Positions 14,026-26,721 of a stretch of DNA of 48,866 bases are shown one piece after another (the stretch's first letter is position 1; every line of letters starts with the position of its first letter). The notes under the pieces were generated by a model. The model saw only the letters and a program-made list of their open reading frames with translations. It made no database searches and had not been told where the DNA came from. Origin of the DNA: Chara braunii (Eukaryota; Plantae; Charophyceae); the NCBI GenBank assembly GCA_003427395.1, contig BFEA01000029.1, positions 3,148,041 through 3,196,906 of the forward strand, in the 5' to 3' direction. Position numbers and translations under genes: made by a program.

Positions 14026-17000
14026 NNNNNNNNNNNNNNNNNNNNNNNNNNNNNNNNNNNNNNNNNNNNNNNNNNNNNNNNNNNNNNNNNNNNNNNNNNN
14101 NNNNNNNNNNNNNNNNNNNNNNNNNNNNNNNNNNNNNNNNNNNNNNNNNNNNNNNNNNNNNNNNNNNNNNNNNNNNNNNNNNNNNNNNNNNNNNNNNNNN
14201 NNNNNNNNNNNNNNNNNNNNNNNNNNNNNNNNNNNNNNNNNNNNNNNNNNNNNNNNNNNNNNNNNNNNNNNNNNNNNNNNNNNNNNNNNNNNNNNNNNNN
14301 NNNNNNNNNNNNNNNNNNNNNNNNNNNNNNNNNNNNNNNNNNNNNNNNNNNNNNNNNNNNNNNNNNNNNNNNNNNNNNNNNNNNNNNNNNNNNNNNNNNN
14401 NNNNNNNNNNNNNNNNNNNNNNNNNNNNNNNNNNNNNNNNNNNNNNNNNNNNNNNNNNNNNNNNNNNNNNNNNNNNNNNNNNNNNNNNNNNNNNNNNNNN
14501 NNNNNNNNNNNNNNNNNNNNNNNNNNNNNNNNNNNNNNNNNNNNNNNNNNNNNNNNNNNNNNNNNNNNNNNNNNNNNNNNNNNNNNNNNNNNNNNNNNNN
14601 NNNNNNNNNNNNNNNNNNNNNNNNNNNNNNNNNNNNNNNNNNNNNNNNNNNNNNNNNNNNNNNNNNNNNNNNNNNNNNNNNNNNNNNNNNNNNNNNNNNN
14701 NNNNNNNNNNNNNNNNNNNNNNNNNNNNNNNNNNNNNNNNNNNNNNNNNNNNNNNNNNNNNNNNNNNNNNNNNNNNNNNNNNNNNNNNNNNNNNNNNNNN
14801 NNNNNNNNNNNNNNNNNNNNNNNNNNNNNNNNNNNNNNNNNNNNNNNNNNNNNNNNNNNNNNNNNNNNNNNNNNNNNNNNNNNNNNNNNNNNNNNNNNNN
14901 NNNNNNNNNNNNNNNNNNNCTGGGGCTAAGGTGGGGGGACTTGCTTCCACTCCTTTTTTTTCTTTTTTTTTCTTTTGCAGGGTGGTGACCAGTAGGTGCC
15001 GACAAGCCGACCAGCCAGCTGGTCGGCCCCCGACCAATTTGGGGGTGCTGACTGCCGGGGTGACAACACTACCGTACAGTAACCTCCAATTCATCACTTA
15101 GTCCATCCATCCCACTTTGTTTTTGGAGAAGCACCCTTTGTGGGACTTTCAGACCCTAGAACCATCCCTGGGAAGGCAATACAGACGAGCACTATAGGCA
15201 ATCATAAAGTAACCTGATGGCGATTACCCACACCAAGTTGCAGCTAATCGCATATGGCAATCCGCACTGGTGCAGCCCTCACCTCACATGATAACGCCTT
15301 CTTTGATCTTCTGAAGTGAATTCCTCCTAGTTCACTGGGATTCAATCATCAGGAAACATCTCTTTAACGTCATTGTAAGACCTCTTAAACTGCCACAGGC
15401 ATACCACTATGGGTCATGGCAAGCATTGTACAAGTAGGGGCAACGTCAGTTCCACACTAACCTCTTCAAGGGACCAGTGATACCGTGCACATTCTGCTGC
15501 TCTATTGCGGCACTTCCCAGAGATGAAGTCCAAGCATAAGGACGATGCACGTTCGCAAACTCTGCAATCAAACCCAACAAGACAATGGTAAAAACGAACA
15601 AAAATATTATAATTTCTTCTTTCAAAGATTCCCTCTGATGTTATTATTGCCTGCTGTGCTAAGGTCGGCACAATTCTTAATCCACATGTAAGGTCAAAGA
15701 CAAACCCATATCCTTTCCTGTTTCATTTGCCAGTGATTTCGAACACTATCAAAATGGTAACAGAATGTGTCAATCTGAAGCTCTGAGCCGCTAACTATTT
15801 GCGCAGCACGCTGTGGCAAACCGTGGTCATAATGGAGCGAAGTACAACATGACATTTTTCAACCTACTCAACCAAAGCCACAGCCAGCCTACCAGGTCAT
15901 TATGGACACACTGCAGCTGAGAAGTGGTCCAAAGAAGGAATTACTGAGCAGGCATCTAGGTCATATTGCAAAGCGGAAGTGCCCTACATGGCTGGATTTA
16001 AGAAAGCGCAGGTTCCCTGAAGTTCCCGAAGGCGTGTTATGAATGGAGAAAGCCTGGATAGCAAGGAGCAAACCTTATTTTCAAAACTACGTAGGCAACC
16101 AGCCACTTCAAAAGGATTTTCTAAGATGTGCTGTACATCTGTACTTCGTTGTCACAGAACAATAAAAAACTTTTAAAGCAACGCTGAATGCAGGGTCGGT
16201 GCATAGCAGGTACTTGCCAAGGCAAGACGAGAAGTGACGAGGCCGCATTGGCAGCCAAATCTCCATGGGTACCCATTTAGTAATCAAGGTGCTAGGTGGC
16301 ATGTTGTTGCATTGGCCGGTTTTGCATTTGACCTCTGCATGCATGACCATTCACATCATCTTTGCTGGGACACCTCCTACAAGGTGTCTAGGTGGCATGT
16401 TGTTGCATTGACTGGTTTTGAGTTTCACCTCTGCATGCATGACCATTCACATCATCTTTGCTGTGACACCTACTACAGCAGCAGAGCAACCTCAATGCCC
16501 GTGAGAAGACATTATAAGGGGAAAGAAAACGAAAACGGAATCCCTGCTTGTGCAACCAGATAGCATACTCCACAGCTGATTCCAGTTAATTGTGATCCAC
16601 CTAAGTGTCACGCATTAGGCGCAGCATCCTAGCCAGGCTTTGTATGAGGAGCAAGACTACTGTATCCGGCGCAGCACATAAAGGAACCCAACATCTCCCA
16701 AAGCAGATCTCACAGTGGATGTGAAAAAAGGTCCCTTAGGCAAATGCAAGTTCTCCTTATTCTTCTCCACCTAATGCTAATACTCCCTTTTCCTGCACAC
16801 CCTCTTCCTCCCCTTGACGCTTCTCCTTATTCTTCTCCACCTAATGCTAACACTCCATTTTCCCACACACCCTCTTCATTCCTGTGATGCTAACTTCTTT
16901 CAGCTTTCGCAGATGAGTGGCCCTCCACCTCGACCCCCTTCTTTTCTTCCTGCGAAAAATTTTCAGCATGATCTCGCCTCTGCCATCTTTGTCGATGTCA

Positions 17001-17363
17001 TGCTTGTGGTCATCTTCCTGCTCAGCTCCCTATCCTATCCTTTGCACAGCCCTGAGCCCCCACTTCACTCTTACTCCTCTGGCTCATGCTTGTTATCCAT
17101 TCACAATGCCAGCACTCTGTCCGTCTTCCTTGTAGAACTGTCCTTCTTCTTATTATCCGCCTCCCTGTTGCCCCTATCATGGTCCTCATTCTCCCATTCT
17201 CCTTCCTGCATTTATGCTCTTTGTTGTAATCCTGTAAATAGTCCATGTCCTCCTCCTGCTGGCAACCGGCTTCATTTCTCTCTTACGAGAGACCTGTTGT
17301 GGTTTCACTCACAGACAAACGAAACGGTAGGGAAACACGTGCTTGCTTCACCTTTCTTAAATT

Positions 17364-17437
<74 letters not shown>

Positions 17438-17471
17438 CCCCCCACACACACACACAAACACACACACACAA

Positions 17472-17533
<62 letters not shown>

Positions 17534-19053
17534 CTTACAATCCCTGCTGGACATGTGGCGTCTATCCCTAGAGCCTCTCTCTATCCCTGCATTGATCCTC
17601 TGATTTCTGATCTTGTGCTCGCGAGTTCGCCATTGTCTCCTCCTCCTCGTTATCCACCTCCCTTCCCCCAACTCCTACCTAGCCCCTCCCCTACCCACAG
17701 CATTATCTTCCAATTCTGTCAATGGAGGCCGTGGCCCCCCCTCAACCCCGAACTTGCCGTCCCCTCCTCCTCCCATTCCCCCACCCATGCTGCCCAACTT
17801 TCCTGCTCTTCCTTTATCCTCTGCAGTTAGGATCCCTTCAAGGCCCCATGCCCTCCTATTCTTCCCCCGCCCCTCTGCCATGCCAATCTCATTTCTGCCA
17901 CCTCCAGTTCTTCCCACTCCCATCATAACGATCCCATTCCTATGGATTCCCTAACTCTTCTTCCCCTCCATCCTTGCCATTGTAAACTGAACTTCCCCAC
18001 CTGGTCATCCTCAGCTCCACCCCCCACCCCCCATGACAATCTGACCTTCTGCAGCCTCTGCCTCTTTCACGTCATCCTCTTTCCCTCACCCTTGACATTT
18101 TGTGATGGTCACCCCCTCCCCATCTCCCTCTACTCCCATAAATTGTGCATGCTCCTTCCCCTCGACCCCAACATTGCACCAAGTTTTATCCCCTCTTCCC
18201 TGCTTCCCTGGCATTGCTCCATGCTCCTCCATGCCGTTTTCCCCATCCCTGCCAGTGTGCCATGCGCCTTCCCTTCTTCCCCTCCTCCCCTGACATTGCA
18301 GTATGTTTGCCTGCCTTCTCCCCTTTTATTTCCAACACTGAACTATGCTCCACTGCCTCGTCTTCCCTTCTGCGACATTGTGCCAAGCTCCTCCATCCCC
18401 TCCCCTTACGACCGTGACAGTGAGATGATGCTCCTTCCCTCTTCCCCTCCTCCCTTGACAAGGTGCTATTCTCTCCCAATTTGTTGCCGTGACACCTTGA
18501 CATGCTCGCCTCCTCCTCTCCCTTCAGCTTGCTATCATCTTTTTCTTCCGACCAACCCCTCTCAGGGTACTACACCTTCTGCCGCCTTTGCCTTCCCTAC
18601 CTTCCCCCACTCCTCATGTGCCCCTCTCTTTGTTCACACTTTCCTTGCACTTGATACCTGTATGCCTCCCCTCATTTTAACACAAGGCTGAGCCTATCCT
18701 CCTTTCCCCAGATCTAGAGTTCCCCACAACGGTCGTTCCCATCGTGATTTCGTCTGCACTGACTCCCACACATCCTCCTCTCCCTCCCCATTACACTCGG
18801 ATCCAGACTCCTCCATGCACTCCTCTCCCTCCCCATCACCTTTTCATCTTTCTTCGTGTTCATTCAGATCCCGATCCCATCATTGTGCCGCCTCTTTCAC
18901 TCCCCATTTCTTCCTGGTGCTGTCAACCCTCTTCTCCATTGTTGCTGTGCCACCTCCTTCCCTTCCTGTGGCCATAGTTATATACTGTGGTTTCCAGCTG
19001 GAGACAGAACACTTTCAACACTGAGGCCGCTTCCAAGGGCTTCGAGTGCTCCA

Positions 19054-19130
<77 letters not shown>

Positions 19131-19352
19131 NNNNNNNNNNNNNNNNNNNNNNNNNNNNNNNNNNNNNNNNNNNNNNNNNNNNNNNNNNNNNNNNNNNNNN
19201 NNNNNNNNNNNNNNNNNNNNNNNNNNNNNNNNNNNNNNNNNNNNNNNNNNNNNNNNNNNNNNNNNNNNNNNNNNNNNNNNNNNNNNNNNNNNNNNNNNNN
19301 NNNNNNNNNNNNNNNNNNNNNNNNNNNNNNAGGCATGGCAGCACAACGTGTG

Positions 19353-19417
<65 letters not shown>

Positions 19418-19488
19418 GGCAGCACTTCGCACTGAAATGCATCACAGAACATCGAGTCAAGCCATAAGGCATGGCAGCACAACGTGTG

Positions 19489-19522
<34 letters not shown>

Positions 19523-22500
19523 TGGCGTTGTGTTGCATGGGAATACATGGTGGCACAGCATGACGCATCAGAATGTATCGCACCGCACGATTCGACCATT
19601 TTCGGTTGGATAGGACAGTAGCGACCCGTTGACCACTCAGAGAATCTACGCCATGGTCATGGCCAGTCTTAGGACTGTGCGATTGGCCATGGATCATGAT
19701 TATTGACTAGGGCACAGCCTTGATTTTCCAGAAATTAGGTTTTACAGTTCGTGAACTGATAGGAGTCCTATTCCTCTTCATCCCGTCTACTCTGCATTCC
19801 CTCATCACCTACCACTCTCCTAATCTCTCTCCTCCACCTCAGGCTCTTACTCCCATCCTCCAACATACAGAAGCAGATTCACGGTAAGCATCTTGCCGAC
19901 GAAGAATGTTCCAGATTAACACAGGTCATTCTTTTCTTTCTGGCGCCCTTGAACTCCCATCCCTGATAGAAAAGCAAGAAGATTCCCAAACTGAAGTACT
20001 CAGCCAGTCAGAAACTCCGCGAAGCCTCACAAAGGTTGCATCCCGAAGCAGATTAAAGAGCCTAGCTCAGTTGGTAGAGAACGAGAGTGGCATTCAGGAG
20101 GTCGTGGGTTCGATTCCCCCGGTCTTCATTTGAGCCCCCACGGCCTCCTGCGGCTCACTACGGTTTCACCAGCCGAGTTAGTTGGTTCGACCCCCCTGAT
20201 AGGGTTTGGTAGGGGGTCGGATCCCCTCCCATCCATTGCCCGGGGTTAGGAGGAAGCTGCGGTGCTTAGACACAGGTGGAGGTCGGTGACAACCCAACCC
20301 ATAACCCTTAGGGGCCCCAGCTGGTATGTGTAGATAGACTACAATCGACCAAAAACGCTAGTGACTGGATGTAGGACTTAGTTAGGAAGGACAGGTAGAG
20401 TGAGGCATACGAGTGAAGAATATAGCTTAGTTTAAAGGGGGGTGGGAAAAAGAGCCAGTGGGAATCAGTGGCGACTTCTCAGTATTCTAGTGAGCTCTGG
20501 CATTGTCAGCAGCAGTAACTGTTTTCGGAATTCTAACCCTGTCATTTTCCAGAGCATGCCGAATGAAGCACATCGTAGATCAGCATGGAGGAAGGACAGT
20601 CATTCCAGGTACTTTGTCAGGCGGCTTTATATTCCCACGATCACAACTAACCCTCTACCCCAAACTAACGGTTGGCACAATGCCACCTCTGCACACAGAT
20701 TTTACTTTCACAACTGCAACATGCAACTTTCAATAGCTGACTCTGTTGCCCAAAAGCGGGTGGAAGTTGAGGTTTGGCAAAAGCATCGCAGTTGTTGTGT
20801 GAGGATACTGGTTCAAAATCCAGTACAGATACATCACTCCGAAGTCTGAGACAAGACTGGCCATCCGAAACAGGTCTGCAGGGTCCGTGAATAGCAGAGC
20901 GGCATACCTGCCAACAGCCGACCCCGGCCGCCGACCGTTTTGCAGCCAACCAGTAGGGCCGCCCGTTTTGCAGCCGACCAGGAGGGCCGACCAGTCAGAA
21001 AACAGCCATCCACTGTTTTTTTTTCAAATCCGAGTTGGGGGCTGTACTGAGCTTGTTGAGTACAGCCCAAATCTGCTGAGAAACTTTTGGGGATTGGGGG
21101 GGGGTAATGGGGGGGAGGGAGGGGATAGGGGGTATTGGGCTGGTATAGGGGGTATTGGGGAGGGTATGACTACTATGAGGGTGTTGGGGTGCAGTTTGGG
21201 GGTGTTGAGGGGGGTGTGGGGGGGGTGTATGGGGGTATTGGGGGCGGGTATGGGGGTGTTGGTGGGGATATTGAGGGTTCTGGACCCAAATATATATATA
21301 TATATTTTTATTTTTATTTTTTTTGTTTTTTTGGCGGGGTGCCGATGACCCCCGACCAGTAGGTGCCCTCCAGCCGACCGGTCAGCTGGTCGGCAGCTGA
21401 CCAGTCAAGGGGCACTGACTGTCAGGCATGCAATACTGGTGAATAGGTTAAAATGGAACGTGGTCCAGTCTGTGTCTTGGATAGAGAATATTGTCAATGC
21501 AGTGCACGAACCGAGCCAGAAATGGGGCTGAACAAGCATGGAACAAGTCTTTGGGTTGTAACCTTTGGCTGAAGTCCAACTTCTAGGGTCCAAAGTCACT
21601 CTACTGGGCCTTAGAAATGTCTGAGAAGGCCTTAGGTAGGTGGGACAGAGGTCCAGGGTTGAAAAGATCTGTACAGGGCATGAAGATGTCAACTCTGGCC
21701 CTAGGGAATTCAGCAGACAGACCCTACCCGGGGACTGGAGTCAAAGATGTTCCCAGACTCAACCACGTGTAGAAATCACAGAATCCAAAGGCTCAGCAAA
21801 AGTTTTCGGAAACTTGCAAGGCACCCAAGGTCTAGGCACACACTGGCTGCGGAAAGTTTTTTTTTCTGAATCGTTTTTTGTGAGTTCTTTATGATGTGAG
21901 GTACATGCCTATTAATTTTGAAGTCTGCCCACCCATTCCTCATCCGGGCACTGGCTGCATGCTGCGCAAGCGCTGCTGCGCTATGCGCTGGCCAGCGCTC
22001 ACGCGCTCACGGGCGAGCTGGAAGGCGCAGGCAGCCATATCCGAGCTGCGCTGCTGTATGCTGGATGGGGCGCATGGTGGTCCTTGGGTGCATGTGGTAT
22101 CTGTGAGTTGGGGATTGAGGTTATGAGTGAGGTGAGAGACATACCTGGTGCTTGAGGCGAACGGCATTGGCCGAAATCTGCTCGTACTTCGGGGAGCTGT
22201 TGACGCCATCAGCGGCATTGTAGATAGGCTAGATAGGATCTGCCATTTGTAGTCTGGGCGCCGGGTGCCAGATAGGATGTCAACATTGGTCTTTTGTTCA
22301 TGATGATGAGACTATTCAAACATTGTCACATATGAGCTTTTGCTGTGCTCTTATTTGGTGGGACTCGTGATGCAATTCTGCTTTTGGTTCGAGGTCACGA
22401 CTATCTGGTCTTATGTGTATGATGCTGCTTGGTTTCTGAAGTACGCTATCGCTCATTTTCCTTGCATTAGTTTTATTTTCTGTATTTTAATTTTTAATTC

Positions 22501-25161
22501 AAATTTGGTAAAGAATTTGGATGTAATGCTCAGGCAAATGTTGTTTATTTTATTTTTCTTCATAAGAATCATAACATTTTTTTTGTCAGATTTTTTTATT
22601 TTTTTTTTGGTCCGTGTTCGGCCCGAACGACCGAACGCATCCCCAAGGGCTCCCGTACATTTGGGCGTTCGGCCCGTCCTGAACGTCAGTTACCCTGTAT
22701 GCATATATCGTCACAATCACCGTCGTCTTCCTCCTCCTCCTTTCCCTCCTCCTCCTCCGTCTTGTCTTACCCTTCCACCTACTCCAACTCATCTTCATCT
22801 TCGCTCCTCTCCTTCCTACCCGTCTTTCGCCCTCGCACACACCACTTAGCGCACACTTTTCTTTTTTGTCTCTTCTTGAATCTTGCTAGTCTTCTTCTTC
22901 CTCCTCCTCCTCATCATCTTACTCTCCACCTGCTTTGACTTGTCTTCGGCCTCCTCCTCCTCCTCCTCAACAGACCTTGATCTCGTCTTTGGTCCCCTCG
23001 TCCCCTTTCTCCTCGTCTTTGCCCATCGCCTACATCGCACGGCACACACTTTTTTCTCTCTCTCTTCTCAGATCTTGCTCATCTTCATCCCCTTCAACGG
23101 CCTACCCCTCCACTTGTCTTCAGCCCCAACGCACCTCAGCCTCGTCTTCATCCCCTTCCTCCCCTTCCTCCTCGTCTTTCCCCATCACACGCCTTTTCTT
23201 TTCCCTCTTCTCGGTTCTACACGGTCGTCTTCCGCCGCCTCCTCATCCTCGCCTTAATTCTCCACGTACTCCGACTCGTCTTCCGCCTCCTCCTCCTCCT
23301 CAAAGGACCTCGACACCTCATCTTCCTCCCTCTCCCCTCCTTCCTCCTTTTCTTTCACTCTTGTGAGCGCCACATGGCAGGCACTTTGCTTGTCCCCCTT
23401 GTCTGCTTTGGCATCATCTTCCTCCGCCGCCTCCTTCTCCTCTCTCCTTTCTCAGCAGGATCTTTCTACTTTTGTCTTCCCACATTACAATTCATGCTAT
23501 CGTTTTCGAAGTATCAGGACAACCAGTCCTTGTGACTGCACGTCTTTTCAGACTCAGCTTTCTTTCTTTTCTTTTCTTTTCTTTTCTTTTCTTTTAATCC
23601 GGACATAATACTGTCATCTGCACAGGAATCTGGACATGCACATCAGATATGTCTGGATAATCCGGAAACGTCCAGATTTCCGGACAGTTGGATTGGACCG
23701 CCATGTCCAGCATCCAGTCCTCTCCGGCGTACCACCGGCTTGTCCAGCACTGCCATGCAATACGGTGATTATTGTTGATTTGAGCCTCACGAGTTCATGT
23801 GAGATTTGATCTTAAGCTTCCGAAGTGGGGTTTTCTACAGTTGCACCTATACAAAAGTGAAGATAGTAATGCTGCAAAAAGAAGCAAACAACACAGCAGC
23901 TGGCCACAGGAGCAGCACCTAAGTTGGTATCTTCTGTACATGATTGTGGGTAACCACAAGGTGCACATAGAGTCAGTTAATAGCACGAGCACCTGCATCT
24001 ACACCATTGCACGCAGAAAATACACGGAAGAAAAAGGAAAAGAAGGAGACGAAACGCAATCTGCAAGCCAAATGCAGAAGTGTAACAGTTGCAAACTCGC
24101 AACTCAAGACAAAACAGCACTGGCCCACGGCAATTTACGGAAACTTGTAAGAGGTGCTGAGCACGGAATGAACGTTCATGGGACCACAACACAGGGTGAC
24201 CACATGAATAGAAAGAGGAAGACAACAAATGCCTCACAGACTGGCAAACATCATGCCACCAATGGGGACAGGTTTTGAGAGAGGCAAGCAAACCTGATCA
24301 CATGTCAGTTTGGGCATCCAGCACAGCATGGGGTAGGGCTCTGACAATGAATACAGTTTGGGAAACCGTTACTGAATACAACAGCTTGGGTAGGGCATAC
24401 CTCATATTGCTCCTGGCACAATTAATGTCTCATAGAGAAGGACCAATCATCATCTCAAAGTGACAAAGGGAATCGATATAGCTGGCTGTCACTAAGGCAG
24501 AGTTCATGAGAGTTTGACAACAGAAAACAGTGCACAAGTAAGAAAACAGAACATACTGAGGTAAAGTGGATCCTGACCCATGTGCACATTGTTCCAGAGC
24601 TACCAACAGTTCGGACCACACCAAGGTCAGACGAAGAAGGGCTCGAAGACGTGTAGGGCGAACCACCACTACATCGTGAAATATCAGCCCAGCCCCTGCG
24701 GATGGAAAACCTGCGGCAACTGGACTGTCCATCCAATGAACCAACTCAGGAAGTGGAGGCGACATGGTAAACCAGGCGGGCACAAAAGGAGTGGTGACTA
24801 TTTCAACTAAAGTCACCATCACAAGATAAGGAGCGAGAGATCATAAACACCATAGAGTGATATCACTGCAAGAACTGGACACTACATGTGCTTTGATGGT
24901 GGTGCTGCCCCAGAGTCCCACTTCATGACAACATTCTGAAGCCTCGCTGTAATTGGCAGACGGTTTGTGAGGACAGGGCCAATGAACACTTCTGACACTT
25001 GGATTAATGGCCACACGTGGAATACAGGTTACATCGCTGAGAGTTCGACAAATATGTATAGCGAATGAAGAGGTCTAGTGCTATTATGTGATATCCATGC
25101 ACCCACTCGCTATGACCTATCTTTCAAGGTATCACGTTCAGAAGATGCCCACAGCTGTGTG

Positions 25162-25200
<39 letters not shown>

Positions 25201-26400
25201 CATCAATAAGAAAAACATAAGAGCCCTTAATGCAGGAAAGGGTGCTCAGCTATGCCACGAACCTTGCTGGATGGAAGTAGTCACACTCATGACGGAGGCA
25301 CATGCCACGGGTCAGCATATCAAAGCAGATGCGTCGCGACCGATCAAATCCCCCAGAGAAGTTTCCTCCTCTATCTGCCAATCTCACATCCCAGTCCCTT
25401 TCTCGTTCCCTAAACCCTACTCGCTCCCTCTCCCTTTCTCTATCCCTTTCCCTCTCCCTCTCTCGGTCACTCCCTCCACCCAGCCTGTCCTGGGGACGAT
25501 CCATGTGTCGATCCATGACCATCCCATGCCTCTCCATCCGACCACCCTCCCACTCATGCCCATAACGATGCATTACGGGACCACCAGCTGCTGCAGGAGC
25601 CAGGCCACCAGGTCCAGGACATGGCCCTACTGTACTCCCCCCTGCAACCATCTCGCCCACAGATCCACCACTAGTACCGCCACCTGCCACTGTTCTTGGG
25701 CCACCACCACTTAAAACAGCCCCATTTCCACCACCAACCAGGCCACTTTCAGGTACATTGCAGCCACCTCCCGTTCCACCACCATTAGTGCCAGCAGCTC
25801 CACTCACGGCAGAATTCACACCACTTGAAGAAGGGACATGACCATCACGTTGCTGCTGCTGCTCCCTATGATCACGGAACTGGCAGAAGACTGAGCTGCT
25901 ATTGGAAGTAGGCGGTCCATGTTCCCATCCTGGAGCATGAGGAACTTCTCGAGGAGATGATGGTCTTCCAGTTGGTGGCCTGCACAATCCGTGCGACAAG
26001 GAAAGACAGCACCACTTATGTTATGATGACTAATAGCCCGCATGACGGTATACACGGGAAGACGAAGAAGAACAAAATAGACCCAGTTCTTTGAATAAGC
26101 ACCCTGAATGTCGTTGGTCGTTGGACATGGAAACCCGAAGCAGAACAAAACAGCAGCTCCAGCTTGGGATTTGCAACCAGTCCTCCAGGGTGCCCACCAA
26201 GAGATCCGAAAGACCTGCATTATAGTTGGGGGATGGCGGTCATTCCCCTTCAACCATTTCCTGCCACATGTCCAACCTTATCTGAACAATCCCACAATAA
26301 CACCACAGCTCTTGTAGCACATCGGATATGTCTAAACTTTGTTTGCCCCAGAAAGAGCACATCTCCCTCCCTCCCTCCCTCCCTCCCTCTCTCCACATCT

Positions 26401-26443
<43 letters not shown>

Positions 26444-26452
26444 TCCCCCCCC

Positions 26453-26531
<79 letters not shown>

Positions 26532-26668
26532 TAGCTTTCCCATGTGCACTCTTGCCCTCTTTCAACCCTTCCATTCCCATTCTCGGCCCTCCCCCACCCT
26601 TCTACCCCACTTCCTTCCTCTCCATCTACCCCCTGTCTCTTATACACATCTAGATGTGTATAAGAGAC

Positions 26669-26721
<53 letters not shown>

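Noticed and set aside
13880-15101. ORFs containing X runs (also at 18856-19697 and 43569-44379)
   Set aside because: Artefacts of N gaps and (CT/GA)n tracts
16814-18977. Long plus-strand ORFs (338 and 249 aa)
   Set aside because: They run through pyrimidine-rich low-complexity DNA and microsatellites and have no domain-like content
24575-24710. Possible exon between the two CCCH exons
   Set aside because: Not needed for phase, would separate the closely linked tandem fingers, and has no recognisable content
26633-26670. Perfect palindrome resembling Tn5/IS50 ends, suggesting horizontal transfer
   Set aside because: It is exactly the Nextera mate-pair junction adapter
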